Shown here in pieces: positions 38,658 to 46,593 of a DNA stretch of 52,840 nucleotides; the stretch's first letter is position 1; every line of letters begins with the position of its first letter. Position numbers and translations under genes: made by a program. This DNA comes from Acidimicrobiia bacterium (GTDB lineage Bacteria > Actinomycetota > Acidimicrobiia > Spongiisociales > UBA11373), in contig JBBDMM010000018.1 in the NCBI GenBank assembly GCA_040878325.1, forward strand, positions 147,083 through 199,922. Direction: 5' to 3'. The notes beneath the pieces are model-generated. The model was not told where the DNA came from, did not search any database, and saw nothing but the letters and a program-made list of their open reading frames with translations.

Positions 38658-39131
38658 CTACTCAGAGCCGAGACTGTGTTCAACGAGGTTCCATCCGACG
38701 GGATTGAGTCGGTACTCCCCGGTTCCGGTCTTGTCGAGATAGCCAGCCTTCTGCGTGTTGATCAAGACTGCCGCAAGGTCCTTCGGTAACTTGAATTTCG
38801 CCTGTCGGAAGACGTTTTCAACCTTCGTGCGATCGATCGTCTCGGTCCTGGTCTCAGGCGGTGCCAGCTCCCTCAGATAGAACGCGGCGACTACCACGCC
38901 CTCGTTCTGAGTCTTTGGATTCTTTGCCGCAAAGAGTGAACGAGGATCAGCAAGGTTTGCCTGACGTTGCGGCGTGTCGTCGGAGGCAGCGCGAGGCGTT
39001 CCGCCGCCGGCGCGAAGAACGCCAGCGAGTGCCTCCACGATCCTTACAACTCCGTCCTCCGCACCCGCAACCTCCACGGTTGCGTCACCGACGGTGATTC
39101 TCACGTCGTATTTCTCTGGGTCTTCCGCCAC
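38658..39131 (-). CDS. Hypothetical protein with probable C-terminal winged-helix domain
   Basis: KNPKTQNE...AAFYL...FRQAKFKLPK....L.NTQKAGYLD..G.GEYRLNPVGWNLV; 8 nt from next gene. Confidence 0.7.
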   Translation of the reverse strand: MAEDPEKYDVRITVGDATVEVAGAEDGVVRIVEALAGVLRAGGGTPRAASDDTPQRQANLADPRSLFAAKNPKTQNEGVVVAAFYLRELAPPETRTETIDRTKVENVFRQAKFKLPKDLAAVLINTQKAGYLDKTGTGEYRLNPVGWNLVEHSLGSE

Positions 39132-39340
39132 GTGCTCTCCGTTCTGTTTGTCCGGTATGGGGATTTCTCATTCTCGCCGTCCGATCCATGATTTCCACCG
39201 TGAATGACTGCAATTACAAGACTACTTGAGGCTCCTCACGATCTACAGGGAATGAGGCGATTGGAACCCAACGCGACTGGCCTTTAACAATCCGAGCCCC
39301 CCTTCAACCCACACGGCAACATCTTGTACGATCTGGCAAC

Positions 39341-39880
39341 ATGATTGATTGGTGGGTGGCACTCGCATCGGCCGCCGTCGCCGCGTCTGCCGTCGTTGTC
39401 GCACAGATCGTAAGAACTCGGGCGAGGAGAAGCGCCGTATTGACCCGGGGACTCGCGCGGCGACTGGACCGTGCCAGGCCAGCCTACGCCGCCGTCTACG
39501 CGGAGACGAGGACGTTGGCTAGGCGAGCCGCCGCAGGTAACAGGTTCCCAGAACTCGAGGAGCTGTCGAAATTGGTGAAACAGTGGGACGAGCTCATTCC
39601 CCTGCTACCAACGAAGATCCTCGTCGCGACAGTTCACGACCTCAAGTCACGGCTTACCAAGATGTGGTTCGCGGTTCAAGTGAGCGAACACCCGCCCCCA
39701 AGAGTATTCCTATTCGGATATCGGGATTCAGATACGGAGTATCTCCAGTACGCGGAGGATGAGCGGCAGGTCGTCCGGGATCACCAGGGTTGGGTTGAGG
39801 CGACGCCTGCAGACTACGCCCGCTGGGTTCTGCTCGGGTTGCGGGAGGTTCGGACCATGTTTCTAGAGACCGAGTTCTGA
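39341..39880 (+). CDS. Hypothetical protein with N-terminal TM helix
   Basis: TACGAT -10 8 nt before ATG; atypical codon usage. Confidence 0.55.
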   Translation: MIDWWVALASAAVAASAVVVAQIVRTRARRSAVLTRGLARRLDRARPAYAAVYAETRTLARRAAAGNRFPELEELSKLVKQWDELIPLLPTKILVATVHDLKSRLTKMWFAVQVSEHPPPRVFLFGYRDSDTEYLQYAEDERQVVRDHQGWVEATPADYARWVLLGLREVRTMFLETEF

Positions 39881-40065
39881 CCGGGCGAGGGGTCCTGGTC
39901 TGCACTAGCCCATCTCACGTCGACATGGCCCGCCTCAACGACCTGCTGGTAACCCCAGACCGTGACCTTGCCATATAGTCCGGTGGCCAGCCCTCGCGAT
40001 TGAGCTCGGGAATGACTCACCGGCACCGGCTCACTAACGAACGGTGACCTACCCTCCCCCAGATC

Positions 40066-41334
40066 ATGCGCTTCTTCCTTGCCATCCTTCTGGGTCGTTT
40101 CGTTGGCGGGCTCAGCCGCCTCGTCGGGCGGGGTGGATCTGCCCTTCCAGGCTTGGTCGCCGAGAAGGTCGATCCCCGGCTGGTCGAGAAGATCCTCGGT
40201 GGAACTCCGGTGGTCCTCATCACCGGGACCAATGGGAAGACCACCACTACCAAGATGATCGTGGCGGTCCTCGAGCATGCCGGGCGGCGGGTGGTCACCA
40301 ACCCGACCGGGTCGAACCTGGGGCGGGGGGTTGCCTCGGCTCTTCTCGCCTCCTCCTCTCTTCGGGGTCGGCTCGACGCCGATGTCGCCGTGTTCGAGGT
40401 GGATGAGGCGGCGGTGCGGTCCCTGGCGCCTCGGCTGAAGCCTTCGGTGCTCGTCGTCACCAATCTGGTCCGCGACCAACTCGACCGGTATGGGGAGTTG
40501 CAGACCACCGCCAGCCATGTCGCGAGTGCCGCCACCCATGCCGGGCGGTTGGTGCTCAACGCCGATGATCCCTTGGTTGCCGGAGCGGCGGGTGATCGGC
40601 CCGTTTCGTGGTTCGGGGGAGCCTCCGCCATCCGTGAGCGGATGCCCGACGACCGGAGCCTTCACGGCGACGGTCCGGCCGAATCCTCCCGGCCCGCCGC
40701 CGAGGCTCTCGTGGTCGACTCCTCTCCCGACGGCGACGGGCAGGTCGCCAGCCTCCGCATCGACGGCGCCGAGCGCCGGATCCGGCTCCAGGTGCCCGGG
40801 GTCTACAACGCCTATAACGCGGCCGCCGCCCTGCTCGCCGCCGGGCTGCTCGGGGTTGGTGCCACTGAATCCGTCGCCGCTCTCGAAGACATGGCACCCG
40901 CTTTCGGGCGCGGACAGGTGCTCGAGTATCGGGGCCGGCGGGTCAAGATCCTCCTGGTGAAGAACCCGGCGAGTCTCAACCAGGCGATCGAACTGCTCAG
41001 AGGGGTGTCGCCCTCGGCGGTGCTGGTGGCGATCAACGACGAGCATGCCGACGGGCGCGATGTCTCCTGGCTCTGGGACGCCGGGGTTGAACGGCTTGCC
41101 GATTCGGCTCATCGCTTTGGGGCCGGCGGGGTGCGGGCTGCTGACATGGCCCTTCGCTTCAAGTACGCCGGCATCGGGGCGTGGGTCGAAGAAGTTTTCG
41201 CCGAGGCGCTCGGCCGCCTGGTCGCCGACGCCGCCGAAGGGGAGACCGTCTACCTGGTGCCCACCTACACCGCCATGCTCCGCTTCCTCGAGATCCTCGA
41301 CCCGAAGAGCAGCCGGTCGGAGGCGTGGCGATGA
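40066..41334 (+). CDS. murT: Lipid II isoglutaminyl synthase subunit MurT
   Basis: GTNGKTTT, EVDEA, RDQLDRYGE, AFGR, LVKNP, ADGRDVSWLWD, TYTAM. Confidence 0.9.
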   Translation: MRFFLAILLGRFVGGLSRLVGRGGSALPGLVAEKVDPRLVEKILGGTPVVLITGTNGKTTTTKMIVAVLEHAGRRVVTNPTGSNLGRGVASALLASSSLRGRLDADVAVFEVDEAAVRSLAPRLKPSVLVVTNLVRDQLDRYGELQTTASHVASAATHAGRLVLNADDPLVAGAAGDRPVSWFGGASAIRERMPDDRSLHGDGPAESSRPAAEALVVDSSPDGDGQVASLRIDGAERRIRLQVPGVYNAYNAAAALLAAGLLGVGATESVAALEDMAPAFGRGQVLEYRGRRVKILLVKNPASLNQAIELLRGVSPSAVLVAINDEHADGRDVSWLWDAGVERLADSAHRFGAGGVRAADMALRFKYAGIGAWVEEVFAEALGRLVADAAEGETVYLVPTYTAMLRFLEILDPKSSRSEAWR

Positions 41335-42044
41335 CCGACCTGGTGATCGTCCACCTCTACCCGCGGGAGATGAACATCTACGGCGACATGGGCAACCTGA
41401 TCGCCCTGCGACGGCGGCTCGAGTGGCGGGGGATGGGCCACCGGGTCGACCGGGTTGGGGTGGGTGACGAATACGACTTCACCGGGGCCGACATCGTGGT
41501 GGCCGGTGGGGGTGAGGACCTCTCCCAGATGAAGGTCGCCGCCGACCTCCAGACCCGGGCCGGGGCGGTCCGTCGGGCGGTCGACGACGGGGTGGTGTTC
41601 CTCACCGTGTGCGGCACCTATCAATTGTTCGGCCACCGGTTCGTTACCGCCTCGGGCGAGGTGATCCCCGGAATCGGGGTGTTCGACTGCGAGACCATCG
41701 GGGGAGGCACCCGAATGATCGGCAACATCGTGGTCGACGCGGCGGCGGGAAGGCTGGTGGGGTTCGAGAATCACAGCGGGCGGACGATGTTGGGTGCTGG
41801 GCAGGAGGCGCTGGGGCGGGTGGTCCGGGGGAACGGCAACAACGACACCACCGGGGAGGAAGGGGCGATGGTCAACAACGCCTTCGGCACCTACCTTCAC
41901 GGCTCGGTGCTGCCGAAGAACCCTGCCTTCGCCGACGATCTGATCGCCCGGGCCCTTCGGAGGAGGGGTGAGTCGGGGGAGTTGTCGGCTTTGGACGATT
42001 CCGTTGAGCAGGCGGCGGCGAAGTCGGCGGCGGCGCGGCTGTAG
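41331..42044 (+). CDS. gatD: Lipid II isoglutaminyl synthase glutaminase subunit GatD
   Basis: HLYP..MNIYGD, VCGTYQL, GFENHSG, GTYLHG..LPKNP; coupled to murT. Confidence 0.9.
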   Translation: MTDLVIVHLYPREMNIYGDMGNLIALRRRLEWRGMGHRVDRVGVGDEYDFTGADIVVAGGGEDLSQMKVAADLQTRAGAVRRAVDDGVVFLTVCGTYQLFGHRFVTASGEVIPGIGVFDCETIGGGTRMIGNIVVDAAAGRLVGFENHSGRTMLGAGQEALGRVVRGNGNNDTTGEEGAMVNNAFGTYLHGSVLPKNPAFADDLIARALRRRGESGELSALDDSVEQAAAKSAAARL

Positions 42045-42245
42045 GCCTTTCGGTCCTAGGGTCCAGGCTTCTTGTGGTGCGATCTGGTCTGAGCGCCCCC
42101 TCCGTCCTCCTTCGCTCCGCTCGGAATCCACCTCCCCCTCCGGGTGAGGAAACAGGAGGGGGCGGCTTTGGGGTGTTTCCTCCGAGGACCGGACCCTCCG
42201 AGTGCGTCGACGCGTTCTTTCTGGAGACTGGCGACTGGCGACTTC

Positions 42246-42626
42246 CTACGACGCCAAACGCGCTTCGGCCACCTTGGGTTTGTCTACGGCGATTGCGAAC
42301 TCGGAGGAGTCGCCGTTGGTGCGGAGCAGGTACATCGCTTCGATGTTCACGCCGGCCGCGGCGAGGTCGTGGGCCATCTCGGCCACCGCGGCGGGGCCGG
42401 GTCGGAGGACGGCGGTAAGCACGTTCCGCTCCTCGAAGGCGATGTCGGCCCTGGTGAGGACTCCACGGGTGGTCGCCGCGTCGGTGACCACGATGTGGAC
42501 CACGCCGAGTTCGTCGAGCCCGAAGGCGGCGAGGGCCTCGATGTGTACCCCCGCCTCGGCGATCCGCTCGGTGAGGGCGGCCAGCATCCCCGGGCGGTTG
42601 GCGAGATGAACCGTGAACTCGGTCAT
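42246..42626 (-). CDS. Tandem ACT-domain protein
   Basis: NRPGMLA...AGVHIEA and second AGVNIEAMY repeat. Confidence 0.85.
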   Translation of the reverse strand: MTEFTVHLANRPGMLAALTERIAEAGVHIEALAAFGLDELGVVHIVVTDAATTRGVLTRADIAFEERNVLTAVLRPGPAAVAEMAHDLAAAGVNIEAMYLLRTNGDSSEFAIAVDKPKVAEARLAS

Positions 42627-42726
42627 GGCTTTAACTCTACGCGGGGCGGGGTGGTTTGGGGCAGGGGCGTTTGCCCGTTGACACTGGTCGTGAAGTAATT
42701 GGCAATTGGCAAGACGCGTCGGGGCA

Positions 42727-42878
42727 CACGCTGTCTCAGCTGCCCCCCTCCCCCTCCGGTCGCTCCGCTCCCTCCGGGTACTCCCCCCGTCCACCCCGGC
42801 TTCGCCGGGGCCTCCCCCTGCTTCGCAGGGTGAGACGGGGAGAGACGCTCCTATCGAATTGCGAATTGCGAATTGCGG
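42727..42878. repeat. Diverged REP-like element + (AATTGCG)x3
   Basis: CACGCTGTCTCAGCTGCCCC shared with the 3684 copies; several GC hairpins. Confidence 0.7.
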
Positions 42879-42896
42879 CGAGCGTCAGCGAGCCCC

Positions 42897-43781
42897 TCAG
42901 CGAGCCCCCAGGAACCCCACTATCCGCTCGGCCACTTCTTCGCCTTTGTCTTCTTGGAGGAAGTGGCCGGCTCCTTCGACGACCTCTAGGTCGCCGGCGC
43001 CGGGGATGTGGTCGGCCATGCGGGCTCCGGCTCTGACCGAGAAGATGGGGTCGGAGTCGCCGAAGAGGATCTGGGCGGGCTTCTCCCAGCGACCCAACGC
43101 CTCCAAAACGCCGCGCATCTCGGTGGCCCCGGGGTCGTCGTCGGCCTGGGGGACGATGAGGGGCAGGCGCCAGGCGCCCACCTTGTGCTCCTGGTCGGGG
43201 AACGGCGCATTGTATGCCTCGATGACTTCCTCGCCCCAGGTGGTCGCGGCGGCCGCGGTGACCACCCGGCCCACGGGCAGGTCGGGGGTCTGCTCCACGA
43301 AGGAGCGCCAGGCGTCGAACGCCGCGTTGGGGCGGCTACCGCCGGCGTACACGCCGGTGTTCATCACCACCAGGCGGGAGAAGCGGTCGGGGGCCTCCAC
43401 CGCCACCCGCAGGCCGATTGGTCCGCCCCAGTCCTGCACCACCGCGGTGGCGTCCTCAAGATCCAGATGCTTGACCAGCGCGGCCATCGATTCGACCAGC
43501 CGGTCGTAGGTGTAGAAGTCGGGGTCGGTGGGCTTGTCCGACTTGCCGAAGCCGGGGTAGTCGGGGGCGATCGCCCGGTATCCGGCGGCGGTGATCACCG
43601 GGATCATCTTGCGATAGAGGAACGACCAGGTGGGCTCCCCGTGGAAGAGCACCACCGGCGGTCCCGCACCCTCGTCCAGGTAGTGGAGCCTGAGCCCCTC
43701 CCACTCGAACCAATGCGGTGAGAAATCGTATCCCGGGAGCCCCTCGAAACGCTCGTCGGAGGTGCGGACGAACTCCGTCAC
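42897..43781 (-). CDS. Haloalkane dehalogenase (alpha/beta hydrolase)
   Basis: VRTSDERF, HGEPTWSFLYRKMI, GFGKSDKP, QDWGG, GHFLQED. Confidence 0.9.
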   Translation of the reverse strand: MTEFVRTSDERFEGLPGYDFSPHWFEWEGLRLHYLDEGAGPPVVLFHGEPTWSFLYRKMIPVITAAGYRAIAPDYPGFGKSDKPTDPDFYTYDRLVESMAALVKHLDLEDATAVVQDWGGPIGLRVAVEAPDRFSRLVVMNTGVYAGGSRPNAAFDAWRSFVEQTPDLPVGRVVTAAAATTWGEEVIEAYNAPFPDQEHKVGAWRLPLIVPQADDDPGATEMRGVLEALGRWEKPAQILFGDSDPIFSVRAGARMADHIPGAGDLEVVEGAGHFLQEDKGEEVAERIVGFLGAR

Positions 43782-44272
43782 GACTCCTCGTCCTCGACAT
43801 GGGGACCCGAAGGGACCACCAGCACCGGCCGGCGTGAGTCGCGCAAGACCCGGGTCGACACGCTTTCCCAATTCGACTCGTCGAACAGGTGCTTGGTGGC
43901 GCCCATCACCAGCAAGTCGGCCTCCATTTCGTCGGCCGCGGCGATGATGGTTGCGGCGGGATCCTCGCCCTCGAGGTAACGAACCTCGGCGACCACGCCC
44001 CGATTGCCGAGCGCAGCCAGGAGCGGGGCGGTCAGGCGCCCGCCCCGCTCCTCCACATAGCGAGCGATCACGGCGTCCTCCTCGGAGGACCAGGCGGCAG
44101 TGCCGTCGCTGAGGGGATGCCACTCCTCGGACCGGATCTCATCGAGGAACGAGCGGGGAACCTCGATCACGGTGATCACGCACACCCGGCCGTCGTTCCC
44201 GGCGAGGCGCTCCGCGAATCGGGCGACGGTTTCGGCGTTGAGCACGCCCGCAGTGGCGATGACGATGCGCAC
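43778..44272 (-). CDS. Universal stress protein (USP)
   Basis: DPAATII...ADLLVMG, SVSTRVLRDSRRPVLVVP. Confidence 0.85.
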   Translation of the reverse strand: MRIVIATAGVLNAETVARFAERLAGNDGRVCVITVIEVPRSFLDEIRSEEWHPLSDGTAAWSSEEDAVIARYVEERGGRLTAPLLAALGNRGVVAEVRYLEGEDPAATIIAAADEMEADLLVMGATKHLFDESNWESVSTRVLRDSRRPVLVVPSGPHVEDEES

Positions 44273-44361
44273 GGCGGCAAAGGCTAGACCGCGGCCGACG
44301 GCTCCGTCGGCGCGAGGCCACCCGCGTCCTACCCTCTGCCGGACCAGTCGAGGGAGGCGCG

Positions 44362-44880
44362 ATGGTGCTGTCGGACGAGACGATCAACAAGGTGATGTGG
44401 GCAATCCCCAACGTCCTCTGCCTCGTCGGCTCGCGATCCGGTGAGGAATGGAACGGCATGACCGCCTCGTGGGTGACCCAGGTGGCGATGGAGCCGGTGC
44501 TCGTTGCAGTGTCGGTGGATGCCCACGCTGTCACCCACCGCCTCATTGCCGAAGGCGGGGCGTTCACCATCAACCTGTGGGACCGCGACGACACCCGGAC
44601 CTTCGTCAAGTTCTCCAAGCCCGCCGAGCGGGACGGGAACACCCTCAATGGCCGCCCGGTCCGCCTCGGGGCGACAGGAGCACCGATCTTCGAGGAGGCG
44701 ATCGCCTACATCGACTGCCGCGTTTGGCAGACCGTCGACTGCGGCAGCCACTCGATCTTCATCGGCGAGGTGGTCGACTGCGACTTCCAGGGCGAAGGCG
44801 CGGAGAAGGCGATCGCCCGCATCGAAGACACCCGAATGAAGTACGGCGGCGTGTTGAGGGAGGGACATAGGAGGCAGTGA
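44362..44880 (+). CDS. Flavin reductase family protein
   Basis: NGMTASWVTQV, GAPIFEEA..IDC, GSHSIFIGEV. Confidence 0.9.
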   Translation: MVLSDETINKVMWAIPNVLCLVGSRSGEEWNGMTASWVTQVAMEPVLVAVSVDAHAVTHRLIAEGGAFTINLWDRDDTRTFVKFSKPAERDGNTLNGRPVRLGATGAPIFEEAIAYIDCRVWQTVDCGSHSIFIGEVVDCDFQGEGAEKAIARIEDTRMKYGGVLREGHRRQ

Positions 44881-45017
44881 GAAGCGGAGGCCGCCGTCTG
44901 CCATCCGCCATCCGCCTTCCGCCATCCGCAAGACAAGAGAAGGCGCCCTCGAGGGGATTGACGCGTTCCGGCGAATCGCCAATCGCCAATCGCCGGAGGC
45001 CGCCAAAGGCGGCCGAC

Positions 45018-45806
45018 CTACATCCGATCGGCCAGTGACGCCAACGGGCCTTCTTCGGCCATCCAGGGGTTGAGGCGGCGGCGCCAGCCGGCGACGGTGC
45101 GGCGGTGGTCGGCGGCTGCGAGGCCACTGACCACGAGCAGGGTGGCTCCGAACATTTCGAGGAGGCCGCCGGTGAAGAGGGCGGCGTCGCCGGGGCCGAA
45201 CAGTCCCACCAGTGGAGCGGCCACGGTGAAAGCGACGGCGATTACCAGGAAGGTGACCACCCGGTGCTCGGTGACGAGCACCCTTCGATGGGCCCACCCG
45301 CGGGCGCGCCCGACGGCCGCCAGGGTGAGGGCGGCGACCACGGTCAACGCGAGGAGGCCATGGCGCCAATCGGCGCCCATCAAGCTACCCCACTGCGCCA
45401 GCACCGCCTGGAGGTCGTCGAACGAACGCACCTGCACCCCGTCGACGTCCATCGAGGGCGATCCGATCAGGGTGGTGAAGTACCGCACCTCGTCGAGCAG
45501 GCCCCAAGCGGCCACTGCCGGGATCACGAACCTGAACCGAGACTCGGATGACGATCGCTTCAGCGCCCAGAGGCCAACGACGAGTGCGCCGGCGAGCGAG
45601 ACGAGCGCCAGCCAGTCGACCAGCCCGCCGCGTCCCGTCAGCCAGTGACGCAGGTCGGGCACCGCCACATAGGCGGTGGCGAGGGCGATGGCGACGGCGG
45701 CGAACACCGAGGTGAACGCCGAAGTCACGTCCGCGACCGGGATCGGAGTCCGGGTGGCCGTCAGCCGCCCCGGCGGGGTCACCGACTGGGGCGTCCGAGT
45801 GACCAC
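45018..45806 (-). CDS. Multi-pass membrane protein of unknown function (start uncertain)
   Basis: ~6 hydrophobic helices; overlaps the upstream gene. Confidence 0.65.
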   Translation of the reverse strand: MVTRTPQSVTPPGRLTATRTPIPVADVTSAFTSVFAAVAIALATAYVAVPDLRHWLTGRGGLVDWLALVSLAGALVVGLWALKRSSSESRFRFVIPAVAAWGLLDEVRYFTTLIGSPSMDVDGVQVRSFDDLQAVLAQWGSLMGADWRHGLLALTVVAALTLAAVGRARGWAHRRVLVTEHRVVTFLVIAVAFTVAAPLVGLFGPGDAALFTGGLLEMFGATLLVVSGLAAADHRRTVAGWRRRLNPWMAEEGPLASLADRM

Positions 45807-46270
45807 AGAATCTCCTGGCGCTGCGATCGGCGGAGGGGGAGACCGGGATGCGACCAGATGTACTCGGCGATCCGGTCGCCGGGGATGACGCCGAGACGGT
45901 CGAGGCGGGCGGGGGAGGCGTCGACCGGGGCCACCAGGATCGGATAGGCGAAAAGGCGACCCTGGGACTCGCGCCGGAGCATGTGGGCGGCAAGCAGTGC
46001 CTGCTTCACCGGCGTCGTCACCCGGGCGCCGCCGCGATAGATGCCGTCGTCACCGACGGCGGCAGGGGTCGGGTCGGGGTCGATCGAAATGGTGAATGCG
46101 CCGTTGGGGCCGATGACGACGTGATCGACGGTGGCCCCGGCAACGACCACCCGGTCGGCGACGGTCCATTCGGAGGGCAGCGACTCCAGCGCGACGCGGC
46201 TGGTCTGCCCGGGTGTGGCGAGGGCGTAATCCTCCGCCCAGGCACCCCGGAGGGCGATGACTTCGGCCAT
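45779..46270 (-). CDS. NERD-like protein with degenerate nuclease motif
   Basis: L.SEW.V.D....GATVDHVVIGPNGAFTI. Confidence 0.65.
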   Translation of the reverse strand: MAEVIALRGAWAEDYALATPGQTSRVALESLPSEWTVADRVVVAGATVDHVVIGPNGAFTISIDPDPTPAAVGDDGIYRGGARVTTPVKQALLAAHMLRRESQGRLFAYPILVAPVDASPARLDRLGVIPGDRIAEYIWSHPGLPLRRSQRQEILWSLGRPSR

Positions 46271-46276
46271 GGGGTG

Positions 46277-46305
46277 GCATCGGCTCGGCCGGCTCGCCCC
46301 TTGAG
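46277..46305 (-). promoter_or_regulatory. Putative sigma28-type promoter
   Basis: CTCAAG-N15-GCCGATGC, 6 nt before ATG. Confidence 0.55.
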
Positions 46306-46323
46306 GGTGGGTACGCTCCGCCG

Positions 46324-46593
46324 ATGGAGGCTCCAGTGCGGATCGAGGTGGATCGAGGCCTCCTCACGGTCGCCTGGGAGGACGGCTCCGCCACCACCAT
46401 CACCGCCCAGGAACTGCGAGCCGCCTGCCCCTGCGCCGGATGCCGTGACACCACCACCGCCCCGACGGGGACCACCATCGAGTCGGCCCACGTGGTTGGT
46501 GACTATGCCCTCGGGGTGCTTTTCGGGCCCGACGGCCATGCCACCGGGATCTTTCCTTATCCACTCCTGGGATCCCTGGGGTCGACAGCATGA
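46324..46593 (+). CDS. DUF971 / GBBH-like N-terminal domain protein
   Basis: WEDG, LRAACPCAGC, VGDYA, DGHATGIF. Confidence 0.85.
   Translation: MEAPVRIEVDRGLLTVAWEDGSATTITAQELRAACPCAGCRDTTTAPTGTTIESAHVVGDYALGVLFGPDGHATGIFPYPLLGSLGSTA

Noticed and set aside
37830..39900. Calling the low-GC insert a prophage, IS or ICE
   Set aside because: No integrase, transposase, att or terminal repeats visible
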